NCBI RefSeq assembly: GCF_044704955.1
Contig: NW_027254382.1
Coordinates: 372,001 to 436,000 of the forward strand
Reading direction: 5' to 3'
Source: Pristiophorus japonicus
Taxonomy: Eukaryota
Length of the DNA: 64,000 nt
Positions 1-13,037 of the stretch are shown one piece after another. A program made the position numbers and the translations under genes. A model generated the notes under the pieces. It made no database searches and was not told where the DNA came from. It saw nothing but the letters and a program-made list of their open reading frames with translations. Numbering within the stretch: position 1 is the stretch's first letter; each line of letters starts with the position of its first letter.

Positions 1-1895
1 ACTTTAATTTTCTATTCTTTTCTAAGTGGATAACCTCACATTTTCCCCCATTATACAGCACTTGCTAATCCTTTGCCTACTCACTGAGCCTATATATATC
101 CCGTGCAGATTTTTTGTGTCCTCCTTAGGACTTGCTTTCCCACTTATCTTTGTATAATCAGCAAATCTGGCTACATTACACTCAGTCCTTTAAGCCAAGT
201 CATTAATATAGATTGTAAATAGTTGAGGCCTCAGCATTGATTCCTTTGGCGCCCCACTAGGTACAGTTTGCCAACCTGAAAATGACCCATTTATCTTGAC
301 TGTTTTCCGTTAGTTAGCCAATCCTCCATCTATATTACCCCTATCACCATCAGCTCTTATCTTGCTTAGTAACGTTTATGCGGCACCTCATCAAATGCCT
401 ATTGGTAAACCAAATACATTACATCTACCAGTTCCCCTTTATCTACCCTGCTCGATACATCCTCAAAGGACTCCAATGAATTTGTCAAACACGATTTCCC
501 TTTCAAAAAACCATGCTTATGCTGCTTGATTGTATTGTGATTTTCGAAATATCCTGCTACTACTTAATATATTTAAGGCGGAGATGGACAGATTTTTTGA
601 CGAAAATGGTGTGAAGCGTTATGAGGAGTGGGCAGGGAAGTGGAGCTGAGCCCAGGATCAGGTCAGTCATGATCTTATTAAATGGTGGAGCAGGCTCGAG
701 AGGCCAGATAGGCTGCTCCTGCTTCTATTACTCATGTTATTATAAGAACATAAGAATTTAATCAATAGGAGAAGGAATAGCCCCTCGAGCATACTCCATC
801 ATTCAATAAAATCATGGCTGGTCTAATCATGTACTCAGGTCCACTTTCCTGCCCGTTCCCCATAATCCCTTATTCCCTCATCGTTTAAGAAGCTGTCTAT
901 TTCTGTCTTAAATTTATTCAATGTCCCAGCTTGCACAGCTCTCTGAGGCAACGAATTCCACTGATTTACAACCCTCTGAGAGAAGAAATTCCTCCTCCCC
1001 TCATTTTAACTGGGCGGCCTCTTATTCTAAGCATTTGCCCTCTTGTTCTAGTCTCCCCTATCAGTGGAAACATCCTCTCTGCACCCACCTTGTCAAGCCA
1101 CCTCATAATCTTATACGTTTCAATAAGATCACCTCTCATTCTTCTGACTTCCAATGAGTAGAGGCTCACCGTATGCAAGCTTTCCTCATAAGGCCAATCC
1201 CTCACCTCTGGAATCAACCTTGTGAACCTTCTCTGAACTGCCTCCAAAGCAAGTATTTCCTTTTGTAAATATGGAAACGAAAACTTCACACAGCATTCTA
1301 GGTGTGGCCTCACTAATACCTTGTATAACTGTAGCAAGACTTCCCCACTTTTATACTTCATCCCCTTTGCGATAAAGGCCAATATTCCATTGGCCTTCCT
1401 GATCACTTGCTTTACCTGCACGTTAACATTTTGTTTTTCTTGCACAACTGCCACCAGGTCCCGTTGTACTGTGGCACATATCAATCTTTCTCCATTTAAA
1501 TAATAACCTGCTCTTTGAATTTTTTCTGCCAAAGTGCATGACCTCACATTTTCCAACAATATACTCCATCTGCCAAAAATTTGCCCACTCACTTAGCCTG
1601 TCTATGTCCTTTTGTAGATTTTTTGTATCCTCCTCATAAATTGCATTCCTCTCATCTTGGTATCATCAGCAAACTTGGCTACGTTACACCCAGTCCCTTC
1701 TTCCAAGTCGTTAATATAGATTGCAAATAGTTGGGGTCTCAGCAATGATCCCTGCGGCACACCACTAGTTACTGATTCCCAACCCAAGAATGAACCATTT
1801 ATCCAGACTCTGTGTTTTCTGTTTATTAGCCAATCCGCTATCCATGATAATATATTACCTCCAACCCCATGAACTTTAATCTTGTGCAGTAACCT
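1..1895 (-). mobile_element. Cluster of decayed CR1 LINE ORF2/3' fragments (mostly - strand; a short + strand 3' end at ~505-740)
   Basis: ORFs 1602..1787 (SGVPQGS...FADDTK RT motifs) and 966..1592 (LYKVLVRPHLE, RRMRGDLIETYKI) resemble the CR1 ORF2 at 22258; TAAGAACA tail repeat near 743. Confidence 0.9.
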
Positions 1896-2169
1896 GTGTC
1901 TATGCCGGTCGACAAAGAGCTATCCAGCCGAATCTCACTTTTCTGATATTAGTCAGTAGCCGTGTAGGTTATGGCACTTCAAGTGCACATCGAAATACTT
2001 TTAAAAAGTGGGGAGTGTTTCCGCCTCTACCATCCTTTCAGGAAGTGAGTTCCATAACCCAGGAACCCTCTGCATGCAACGATTTCCCCTGAAACCCCTC
2101 TAAACCTCCGACCAATTTTTTTACATCTCGACCTCCTGGTTGTTGACCCCTCTGCTAAGGGAAATAGGT

Positions 2170-3300
2170 CCTTTATCACACTTCATCCCTTATTGCAATA
2201 TCGGCATCTTTTGTGAAAGCAGATGCAAAGTATGCATTAAGAAGCATATCCACATCTTCTGCCTCCATGCACAGATTACCTTTACGGTGTCACTAATAGG
2301 CCACACTCTTTCGTTAGTTATCCTCTTGCTCCTGATGTATTTATAAAACATAATTGGATTTTCCAAAAATATTCTTGCTCTCTCTTTGCTTCACTAATTC
2401 CGTTTTTAATTTATCCCCTGCACTTTCCATACTCCTCTAGTGTTTCCGCAGTATTGAGCCCTCGGTATCTGCCATACTCCTCCCGTTTTTTTCCCCGTTA
2501 TCCTAGCCTGTGCGTCACTTGACATCCAGGGGGCGCTATGTTTTTTAGACCCACCCTTTTTCTTTAAGGGGACATATTTAGTCTGAACCCTCCGCATCTC
2601 CTCCTTGAATGCCTCCCACTGCTCTGACACTGATTTACCTTTAAGTAGCTGTTTCCAGTCCACCTTGGCTAAATCACATTTAGTTAAATAAAACTTACTT
2701 TCCCCCAATTGAAAACTTTTATGAAAGTAAAATACCGTGGATGCTGGAACCTGAAATAAAGCTGAAAGTGATGGAAATCTAAGCGGGTCAGGCAGCATCT
2801 GTGGCGAGAACAATGTTAACATTTCAGGTCAATATCTCCCGCGATGATATTGGTCCCGGCTCTCTCAAGGTGTAACCCTTGTACATGTCCCACCACACTC
2901 GGAAACGATCCCAATGCCTCAGGTATCTAAAGCCCTCCCTCCTGCACCATCTATCCAACCAGGCATTCATCTGCTCTATGCTCCTCGTTCTGTAAACACT
3001 AGCACGTGGCACCAACAGTAATATTTGAGGCCCTGCTTTTTAATCTCTCTCATAGCTCCCTAAAGTCTGCCTGCAAGAACACATCACTGTTTCTACCTAT
3101 GTCATTGGTCCCGATATGGAACACGACCTCTGGCTATTTACACTCTCCCTCCAGAATGTCTTGCAGCAGCTCGGTGACATCCTTGGCGCTGGCACCAGGG
3201 AGGCAACATACCATCCTGGAGTCATGCCTGCGACCGCAGAAACGCCTGTTTGCTCTTCTAACTTCGAATCCCCTACCACTATAGCGCTTCCTCTCTTCAT
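2170..3300 (-). mobile_element. Decayed CR1 5' region (ORF1 esterase plus ORF2 linker fragments)
   Basis: ORFs 3097..3300 (AIVVGDS), 3134..3325 (RRFCG..DSRMVCCLPGA) and 2824..3015 (MNAWLDRWCRREGF) match ORF1 at 21233. Confidence 0.85.
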
Positions 3301-3529
3301 CCTTCCCCCAGTGCAGCGGATCCACGTATTACCTTCGATTGGAAAAAGGATGAAACACTTGCTAATCTCCGGAGAAATTGTCTGACTACCTTCACTGTTT
3401 TATTTCCAACCCCTTCCAACATGTTTGGGAATGGTCTGGTGCAGTAATAAATGAGGCAGGGCCGAGGGAAAATCAAAAAGAAACCAGTCTTTTTATAATA
3501 ATATCATTTTTTTTGCAATAATAACTGAA

Positions 3530-4000
3530 AGAGATGATAGTGTTACACTAACAGAAGTCGGGTCTACTTTAACAATAGCAGAAACATACTCTATTGAATA
3601 CAACAGAGAAAAAACCTATAGTTATAATAATAGAGGTGTGCACCAGAACTGGAATAAGAGTAGCGGGTTATTTTCCAATCATAGCAGAGGGCGGGTCTAG
3701 TGTAACAATTCCAGAGACAAGGTCGCATACAATAAGAGTGGAGGCATCGTCCAGAGTAATAACAGCAAATGCATGGCCCACTGTAAGAGTGACAAAGAAG
3801 TGTTTGATCCATTAATAACAGAGGCAGACTCTAGTGTTATACTGAAGACAATACTGCATCTAGTGTGAAGATCACACTGGCAATATCTAGTGCAATGAAA
3901 CAAATATTGTGTCTCATATAACAGTATGCGCACATCAGGGCCGAGTGTTATAATTGCAAATGCTTTGCCTAATGTTTAATAACAGAATCAAGGCCTACTG
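3530..4000 (+). repeat. Degenerate 27-bp satellite array
   Basis: Recurrent tctagtg..taata.cagag fragments related to the GGGTCTAGTGTAATATAAACAGAGACA unit. Confidence 0.6.
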
Positions 4001-4071
4001 CAGTATGAATGGGGTGGGTTTGTGTAATATCACATGCACAGTATAATGTAATGGGAACACAGAGTCGATCA

Positions 4072-4460
4072 TGTCAGCCTTGGCTCAGTGGTAGCACTCT
4101 CACCGCAGAGTCAGAAGATCGTGGGGTCAATTCTCACTCCAAAGACTCAAGCACACAATCTATGCCGAAACTCCCGGTGTCAGTACAGATATAGTGCCGT
4201 CTTTCTGGTGAGGTGTTAACCCGAGGCCCCGCCTACCCTTTCAGGTGGCTATAAACGATCCCATGGCCACTATCAGAGGAAGAGCAGGGTAGCTCTTCCC
4301 GGGTGTCCTGAGCCAATATTTGTCCTGCACCAACCCTCACTAAAAACTGAGTAACTTGTTATTATAACATTGTTGTTTGTTGGATCTTGCTGTGCGAACA
4401 GTATCTGCTGAGTTACCTACATTGCAGCAGCGACAACATTTCAATACGTACTTCACTTCA
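4072..4460 (+). mobile_element. tRNA-derived SINE, Deu-domain type (SacSINE1/AmnSINE-like)
   Basis: tRNA-like head GGCTCAGTGGTAGCACTCTC, then GTGCCGTCTTTC..GAAGAGCAGGG..TTGTTTGT.GGATCTTGCTGTGCG core; related copies elsewhere in the window. Confidence 0.75.
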
Positions 4461-4489
4461 CTGTTTGTCCAATAACTATAGACGCGTAG

Positions 4490-4870
4490 TTGGCTTGTAT
4501 TCTCTGGAATAGAGAAGGTTCAGATTACTTGACTGAGATTTCTAGGATTTTGAAAGGAATCGATAGGGCAGAGAGAAAGAAAACTTTTCCGCTGATGGGG
4601 GAGTCTAGAAAAAGGGGATCGAACCTTAAAATCAGAGCCAGGTCATTCAGGAGAGAAGTTAAGAAACACGTCTTCACACCAAGAGTGGTAGAAGTGTGGA
4701 ACTCTCACCCACAACCAGCAGTAGATGCTGGGTCAATTCATCATTTTAAATCTGAGACAGACATTTGCTAACTAAGTGATATGGAACCAGTGAGGATAGA
4801 TGGAGTTATGATCAGCCATTATCTCTTTAATGATCTAGGGGCAGAACAGCCTCATCGTGTTCCTACATTC
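4490..4870 (+). mobile_element. CR1 3' fragment
   Basis: ORF 4490..4771 (KHVFTPRVVEVWNS) resembles the CR1 ORF2 C-terminus. Confidence 0.75.
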
Positions 4871-5985
4871 CTGTGGAATAGATGCGGGCTGCAGTATTAC
4901 AAGAGCGGCAATGGGATCTGGTTTAAGAATAACAGAGGGAAGTGATAACAACAGAAGCGAGGTCTGGTGTAACAGTAAAGGGCTGGAAGCGGACTGAAAG
5001 CTGAAAGTTGCCCTGAGCCCCTTTGTGGCCTTGGGAAAGGCCCCGGACACTTTATCTGATTACAGGTGATGGATTGTGGGTAGGATTACTGCCCGGACGT
5101 GACGATGAAAATTACACTCAAGGTTTTTAGTGTAACCGCAACAAAGGGAGGTACTTGTGTTAAAATAGTCCGTTCAATGCCTTCACCCGAAGGGACAGAA
5201 CCTCTACTGGGAGAACATATCTGTTTATTTTGCCCACTAGTTCCCTTATAAAGAAAGGACTTTATAGCTAAAGCTTTATAAATCACAGGTTTGGCCCTAG
5301 CTGCAGTATTCGGCCAACTTCTGTAGACAAAAGCTTAATCTATGAAAGACTGAGAAAGAGAGAAAGAGACTTAAAAAGAGGAGACACTAGTTGGTGAGAG
5401 ATAAAAGCTAAGAAATAGAATCACAGAATAATACAGCACAGAAAGAGTCCGTTCAGCCTATCGTGCCTGTGCCAGCTCTTTGAAAGAGCGATCCAATTAG
5501 TCCCCCTCCCCTGTTCTTTCCACATAGCCCTGTGATGTTCTCCCTTCATGTATCTGTCCAATTCACAATCGAGAGTTATTCTTGAATCTGCTTCCACCAC
5601 CTGTCAGGCAGTGCGTTCCATTTCACAACAACTCACTGCATAAAGAAAAACATCACGAGTGACCATCTCCCGGCTTCAGAGAGCAGAGGGTGCTCAGTGA
5701 CTGATCCACACACACCGCCAGTCATTTCCAGAATGGAGACTCTGAACAACAGGCTCATTTGCAAATGTCACCGCAATGTATGGATCTGCACCGACACCCT
5801 GGTCAGATATAAGTCTCCTTGTCAGATGTTTCCACCAGATTGCGGCCCCTGTGTTTATCTTCTGCTCAGATGTAAGTTGTGCCGGTTGGAGCCGGCAGCA
5901 GAGAAACAGGAAGTTTCTTTGCCTGAGAATGAAATAGCGTCAGTTTGATGTTATCACCATGAACAGGCTTCCGGTCTGTGAGGGC

Positions 5986-6445
5986 GGCCTCACCCTGACA
6001 GCACCAAGACCCACACACAGAGGCCTCACCTTGACAGGACCAAGACCCATACACAGAGGGCTCACCCTGATAGTACCAATCACACACACATTGGCCTCAC
6101 TCTGACAGCACCGAGACCCACACACAGAGGCCTCACCCTGACAGCACCAAGTCACACACACAGAGGCCTCACCCTGACAGCACCAAGACCCACACACAGA
6201 AGCCTCACCCTGACAGCACCAAGTCACCCACACAGAGGCTCACTCTGACAGCACCTGGACCCAAACACAGAGGCCTCACCCTGACAGCACCGACACGCAG
6301 AAACCTCACCCTGACAGCACCAAGACGCACAGCACAGAGGCCTCACCATGACAGCAGCAAGACTCACACACAGAGGCCTCACCCTGACAGCACCCAGATC
6401 CACAGCACAGGCCTCACCCTGACAGCACCAAGACCTACAACACAG
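5986..6445. repeat. 36-bp minisatellite (GGCCTCACCCTGACAGCACCAAGACCCACACACAGA), about 13 copies
   Basis: Unit starts at 5986, 6022, 6058 and onward; explains the repetitive CCQGEASVC ORFs. Confidence 0.95.
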
Positions 6446-6739
6446 ATTGCCCTTCGTCTCAACATTGTAATAATCTCCATTCTCAGTTTAAAGATTAAAA
6501 CTCAATAACTTATTTGGGGTTTAACACAGTCAGTAAAGAGCGAGATGGACGAAAGGTGATCACTGGGATAAAATAGGGGAATATAAAAATGAATTTACAC
6601 CAAACAGTGCAATTGGAAAATGGAAGGCTTTCGTTAAGTTAGATGCTGTCTGAGAAATAGAGAGAGGGAGAGATCGAGAAGAGAGGTTGTATGCCTGAGT
6701 TGCTGTCAGAGACAAAGGCCGCTACATCTTTTAAGGGAT

Positions 6740-6840
6740 CAAATAAAAACAGAAAATGCTCGAAATCTCAGTGGGTCAGGCAGCATCTGTGGAGATAGAA
6801 ACAGAGTTAATGTTTCAGGTCGATGACCCTTCATCAGAAC
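6740..6840 (-). mobile_element. Penelope-like terminal-repeat remnant with a minimal hammerhead ribozyme core
   Basis: The - strand reads gtt CTGATGA agggtc atc gacct GAAA cattaac; related degenerate copies at ~2735-2832 and ~58755-58850. Confidence 0.6.
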
Positions 6841-7149
6841 ATCTTTTAAGAGATCGTTGTATAATGGTCTGAAGCAAGGATGATACCAAGCTATGTGGAG
6901 ACAGCGGACCAACAATTACTTTTAGGTTATTCCTGTACAGCTCCAGTACGGACGCCATTGGCCAAGTGGCCTCTTTCTGTGCAGTGAACTACTAAGGTTC
7001 TATGGTACAATATGAGGGAGGGAAGAGACTTATTCAGACATCATGATTAACGCCAATGGCTCACCCACGGCAAAGTGATTTATTTCACTTCCCCGTGAGT
7101 AACTGGACTTCCGCTTTTGCTAAATGGCAACATTTTAAAGCAATTCATT

Positions 7150-8180
7150 TTGTGTGGAGCACATTGGTCTCTGTGTGGAGCACATTGATGTGTATGTGGA
7201 GCACGTTGAAGTGTGTGTGGAACACACTGAAGTGTGTCTGGAGCACATTGATGTGTGTGTGGAGCACATTGCAGTGTGTGTGGAGCACATTGATGTGTGT
7301 GTGGAGCACATTGATGTGCGTGTGGAGCACATTGATGTGTGTGTGGAACACATTGATGTGTGTGTGGAGCACATTGATGTGTGTGTGGAGCACATTGCTG
7401 TGTTTGTGGAGCACATTGATGTGTGTGTGGAGCACATTGATGTGTGTGTGTGGATCACATTGATATGTGTGTGGAGCATATTGATGTGTGTGTGTGGGGC
7501 ACATTAATGTGTGTGTAGAGCACATTGATGTGTGTTTGGAGCACTTCGATGTGTGGGTGGAGCACATTGAAGTGCGTGTGTGAAAGACATTGATGTGTGT
7601 GTGGAGCACATTGAAGTGTATGTGGAATATATTGATTTGTGTTTGGAGCATATTGATATGTGTGTGGAGCACATTGATGTGTGTGTGTGTGGCACATTGA
7701 TGTGTGTGTGGAGCACATTGAAGTGTGTGTGTGGAGCACGTTCACTGAAGTATGAGTGTGGCACATTGATGTGTGTGTGGAGCACATTGAAGTGCATATG
7801 TGGAAGATATTGATGTGTGTGGAGCACATTGATGTGTGTGTGGAATATATTGATTTGTGTTTGGAGCATATTGATGTGTGTGTGGCACATTGATGTGTGT
7901 GTGGAGCACATTGAGGTGTGTGTGTGGAGCATATTGATGTGTGTGTGGAGAACGTTGATGTGTGTGTGGTGCACGTTCATTGCAGTATGTGTGTGGTGCA
8001 TATTGATGTGTGTGCGTGGAGCACATTTATATGTGTGTGGAGCAAATTGAAGTGTGTATGGAGCACATTGATGTGTGCAGGGAACATTGATGTGTGTGTG
8101 GAGCACATTGATGTGTGTGGGGAACATTGATGTTTGTGCGGATCATGCTGATGTGTGTGGAACACATTGATGTGTGCGTT
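7150..8180. repeat. 21-bp GT-rich minisatellite (GTGTGTGTGGAGCACATTGAT)n
   Basis: Directly visible tandem array; source of the 7-aa periodic ORFs in several frames. Confidence 0.97.
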
Positions 8181-8264
8181 TCTCTCCATGTGCTGATATT
8201 TCTGCTTCTTAGATGGGGAAATGCATCATCTGAACATCATTCAAAAGAAAATACATCCATCAAC

Positions 8265-8737
8265 AAGAAAGAAAGACTAGCATTTGCATACCTCCTTTCA
8301 ACACCTGAGCAGGTCCCAAAGCGCTTTCCAGAAATTAAATTCCTTGAAGTGTAGGCACTGTTGTAAAGTAGGAAACATGGCAGCCAAATTAAGTGGAGCA
8401 AGATCCCACAAACTGCAATGTGATAAATGAGCAGATAATCGATTTTCTCAGTGTTGTTCATTGAGGGAAAGTTATTGAACCGGACACTGTGGAGAAATCG
8501 CCTGCTCTTCTGCACAACCATGCCACGCATTCTTATAAGTTCATCTGAGAGGGCAGACGGGGCCTTTGTTTAACTTATCAACCCAAGGACGGCAACTCCG
8601 ACAGTGCCGCACTCCTTCAATACTGGCAGCAGAAGTGATGTGCCTGGATTTTGTGCTCAGGTCTCTGGAGTGGGAGTTTATCCCAAAACTATCTGAGACC
8701 GAGGTGATTCGGAAACACACTGAACCTCAGCTGACAC
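8265..8737 (-). mobile_element. Deu-type tRNA-derived SINE
   Basis: Reverse complement of the element at 4072 and 13038, with an (AAAG)n tail at ~8265. Confidence 0.75.
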
Positions 8738-8799
8738 CAACAGGCATTGTCTTATGAAGTGCAATGGATACATGGCCTTCTGTAACTTATAGAGGGAGC

Positions 8800-10520
8800 C
8801 AAGGTCTAGTGTAGTATAAAGAGAGACATGGTCTAGTGTAATATAAACAGATACAGGGTCGAGTGTAATATAAACCAAGATATTTTCCAGTTTAATAATC
8901 ACAGAGACAGGGTATGTGTAATATAAACAGAGACAGGGTCTAGTGTAATATAAACAGAGACAGGATCTAGTGGAAACATAGAAACATAGAAACATAGAAA
9001 ATAGATGCCGGAGTATGCCTTTCGGCACTTCGAGCCTGCACCATCATTCAATATGATCATGGCTGACCATGCATTTCAGTACCCCATTCCTGCTTTTTCT
9101 CCATACCCCTTGATCCTTTTAGGTGCAAAGGTCACATCTAACTCCCCTTTGAATATATCTAACGAACTGGCCCCAACACCTTTCTGTGGTTGAGAATTCC
9201 ACATGCCCACAACTCTCTGAGTGAAGAAGTTTCTCCTTATCTCGGTCCTAAATGGCTTACCCCTTATCCTTAGACTGTGACCCCTGGTTCTGGACTTTCC
9301 CAACATCGCGAACATTCTTCTTGCATCTAACCTATACAATCCCGTCAGAATTTTATATATTTCTATGAGAACCCCTCTCATTCTTCTAAATTCCATTGAA
9401 TACAAGCTTGGTCGATCCAGTCTTTCTTCACATATCAGTCCTGTCTTCCCGGCAATCAGTCTGGTGAACCTTCGCTGCACTCCCTCAATAGCAAGAATGT
9501 CCTTCCTCAGATTAGGAGACCAAAACTCTACACAATATTCAAGGTGTGGCCTTACCAAGGCCATGTAAAAATGTAGTAAGACCTCCCTGCTCCTGTACTC
9601 AATTCCTCTCGCTATGAAGGCCAACATGCCATTTGCCTTCTTCACCGCCTGCTGCACCTGCATGGCAAACTTCAATGACTGATGTACCATGACACCCACG
9701 TCTCGTTGCACCTCCCCCTTTAAAAATCTGTCACCATTCAGATAATAATCAGCCCTCCTGTTTTTACCACCAAAGTGGAAAACCTCACATTTATCCACAT
9801 TATACCGCATCTGCCATGTAGTATAAACAGAGATGCAGTCTAGTGTAATATAAACAGAGGCAGAGGCTATTGTAATATAACTAGAGACAGGGGCTATTGT
9901 AATATAAATAGATAAAGGGTCCACTGTATTGTAAACAGATACAGAATATAGTGCAGTAATAAATGAGATAGGGTCTAGTGTAATATAAACAGAGACAGGG
10001 TCTGGAGTAATATAAACAGAGAAAGGGTCTGGTGTAATATAAACAGAGACAGGACTTGTGCAGTAATACCTGAGACAGGGTCGAGTGATATAAATAGCGA
10101 TATGGGTCTAGTGTAATAGAAACAGAGACAGGGTCTAGTGTAATATAAACAGAGGCAGGGTCTGGTGTAATTGAAACAGAGACAGGGTCTAGTGTAATAT
10201 AAACAGATACAGGGTCTGGTGTAATATAAACAGAGAAAGGGTCTGGTGTAATATAAACAGGGACAGGACTTGTGCAGTAATAACTGAGACAGTGTCTAGT
10301 GCTATAAATAGAGATAGGGCCTACTGTAATATAAAGAGGGACATCGTCTAATTTAATATATACTGAGAGAGAGGCTAGTGCAGTAATAACTGATTCAGTG
10401 TCTTGGTTAATATGAACAGAGAGAGGGTCGAGTGCAATAATAACTGAAACAGGGCTTAATACATATAAACGAAGACAGCGCCTAATATAATATAAACGGA
10501 GACAGAATCTTTCACAGTAA
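8800..10520 (+). repeat. 27-bp satellite (GGGTCTAGTGTAATATAAACAGAGACA)n, split by a CR1 insertion
   Basis: Tandem units on both sides of 8973-9820. Confidence 0.92.
8973..9820 (-). mobile_element. 5'-truncated CR1 with (TTTCTATG)n tail
   Basis: ORF 9076..9924 from WQMRYNVDKCEV to KGYGEKAGMGY is closely similar to the C-terminus of ORF2 at 22258; GAAACATA repeats at 8973-9000. Confidence 0.95.
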
Positions 10521-10579
10521 TAGTAGTGCTCTCTGGTTAATCGCCTTTCGGCCAGTGGAAACATTTTCATAGAATCACA

Positions 10580-11199
10580 GGGCCCAAGTTGGGTGGATTT
10601 AATGCCGGCTGCCGCCGTGTTTTCTCGTCGTTCACCCTGTTTTTTGGGCGCTCTCCCCTCCTAGCGAATTTCGTGAGGCCATCACGCCGGCGGGGAGAGA
10701 AGACCGCTGGGGAGTGCCTGCTGGCAAAAGTCCTCCTCCCGCTCGCTCCCTAGATTGGTCCTGGCAGTCCTCCCCTCCAGCAGCAGAAGCGACTGCCGCG
10801 TGGAGGCAGGACTTATCTGAACGGTAAGTATGGGGACATGCAAAAAAAGGTTAGTGCACTTGTTTTCTTCATTTCTTTTGTCGCAGTTTTGTTGGATAGG
10901 ATCCTCTGAAGGATTTGCAACAGTTTATTTTTCATTTGTTGAAATGTTTGTTTCCCGTCCCCCCGCCCCCCTCCGAGTGCCCGACTCTATCCTTGGCGTT
11001 ACTTTGCCGAGGATAGCATTTGCCGGCCAAAATCCGACCGACTGCCCGCTGCAGCAGAGAATTGCTGTGCAAGGCCCATTTTTCAACTGGGCATTTTTTT
11101 CCCCATTTTTCCAATCAACTTCCGCTCTGTACCATCAGTCTCATAGCGGTCTTTTCGACTGTACATGGGCGGGAATTAGGTTTGACCAATCTCTGGCCC
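10580..11199. mobile_element. Putative non-autonomous DNA transposon (PIF/Harbinger-like MITE)
   Basis: CpG-rich 620-bp block with imperfect inverted termini GGGCCCAAGTT / AATCTCTGGCCC; it interrupts a CR1 3' tail (catagaatcaca | ataaattagtacagcacag). Confidence 0.5.
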
Positions 11200-12010
11200 A
11201 TAAATTAGTACAGCACAGAGGTGGTAATTAGCCCATAGAGTCTGTGCTGGCTCTTTGCAAGAGCAATCCCGTTAGACTCATTCCCCCGCTCTTTTCCTAT
11301 GTCTCTGCATTTTTTCTTTTTCAAGTATTTATACAATTTTCTTTTGAAGGTTACTATTCATTCTGTATCTACCACCCTATCAGGCAATACACTCCAAATC
11401 CTAACCACTGGTTGCATAAAGAAATTTGCCCACAACTCGCCTCTGGTGCTTTTGTCAATCACCTTACCTCTGAAACAGTTTCTATTTATTTACTATCTAA
11501 ACCGTTGATGATTTTAAACTTGTCTATCTAATCTCCTCTTAGACTTCTCTCCGCTCAGGACGAGAATCCCGTCTTCTCCAGTCTCTCCATGTTAACTGAA
11601 GTCCCTCATCCCTGGTACCATTCTATTAAACATGCCCTTAACCTTGTCCACTACAAGAGAACAATCCCATCCTCTCCAGTCTCTCCACATTAACTGAACT
11701 CCCTTATGCTTGGTACTAATCTACTGAATCTTCTCTTCACCTTCGCTGCTCTGAGGAGAACAAGCTCATCTTCTCCAATAGCTCCACATAATTGTAATCG
11801 CCCATCCCTGATGCGTTTCCAGTAAATCTCTTCTGCACCCTCTCGAAAGTCTTCACGTCCTTCCTAAAGCGTAGTGCCCCGAATTGGATACAATACTCCA
11901 GCTAGTGGCGAAGAAGTGTTTCTAGTCATTCATCCCTGGCACCAATCTGGTAAATCTCCCCTCACCCTTCCCTGTTGTAAGGAGAACAGCCCCAGCTTCT
12001 TCAAGCCTGT
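11200..12010 (-). mobile_element. Old CR1 fragment with internal reiterations
   Basis: The motif ctccagtctctccacataactgaa.tccctcatccctggtacca recurs about 4 times. Confidence 0.65.
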
Positions 12011-12464
12011 CCGCATCGTGAGAGCTTGAATCCTACCGTCCCGTACACACAGTGGCAGCGCGCTCCAGGCGGGCACTGGCCAGTCCTCAACAGCGAGAAG
12101 GGGCAGGGAAAAAGGGCAGCTGAAAGTCGACGATGTCTTAAAACAATTTTTTTAAATGTTACCCTTATTTTTTTAATTTAAGAAAAGGAAAAATATCCTG
12201 ACTGCCTCAAATAGAATTTCTACCAAGTGCCAGTTCCCCAGCCAACTCCCTCTCTAGAAAGGTCACCATTTTATTTCTTGTCTGTTTTTTTTTAGTGTGG
12301 GGAGTAAAACATGTATATTTGCCATCGCTCTCTCTCTTATTTATTAATATATGCGAAAGCCTGGTGAAGGAATTGGGTGCAGAAAATTCCAGCTGAGGAA
12401 TCCTCATCGATGGGAGCAGAAACCCCACAAAGGGAAAAATAAGAATCGGTTGGGCTGAGGACGT

Positions 12465-12665
12465 GAAGGAGGGAGGGACGAGTGGAACAAGGAAGAGGTG
12501 GATGATGGAGGGGTGGAGTGATGGACGGCGGGAGGGATGGCTGCAGGGAGGGAGCGATTGATGGAGGGATTTCTCCAGGGCGGGAGGGATGGAGTGAGGG
12601 AGGGATGAAGGGAAGGAGGGAAGGAGAGATGGGTGGAGGGTGGAAAGGATGGTGGGGGTAGTGAT
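12465..12665. repeat. Purine-rich (GGA/GGAG) low-complexity tract
   Basis: Visible composition; explains the Pro/Ser-rich - strand ORFs. Confidence 0.85.
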
Positions 12666-13037
12666 GGAGATTTTCCCAATTTACCCGATCAAAAAACTTC
12701 AGGATTTTGAACACCTCTATTAAGTGGCCGATAACCTGCTCGGCTCTAATTAGAACAGTCGCAGCTTCCAGCTGCTCTGATGGTGCAGCTCGCACAGTGT
12801 AAAACTCAAGTTCCATGAGTCCTCTGTCTCGTGCACTTCGAGATATTCCTTAAGGAGTCGCTGTCAATTTTATATGGACCCAGTGAAAATCTCAGTGTGA
12901 GAATGACATCCCAGGCAAGATAAGAGAACTCGCCCCTGATAATAAACGGATCGGTGCAAGACTGTGCTCAGGCTCTGAACTTCAGACACGATGAGCTGAA
13001 TGGCAACATTTTAAAATACAAGCTGTGATATGTTTAA

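Noticed and set aside
4072-4140. tRNA gene
   Set aside because: It is the degenerate tRNA-derived head of a SINE and continues into the SINE body.
5986-6445. CRISPR-like 36-bp periodicity
   Set aside because: The repeats are contiguous with no unique spacers, there are no cas genes and the context is vertebrate.
7056-8189. Many 70-200 aa ORFs with 7-aa periodicity
   Set aside because: They are translations of the 21-bp minisatellite, open in several frames and on both strands.
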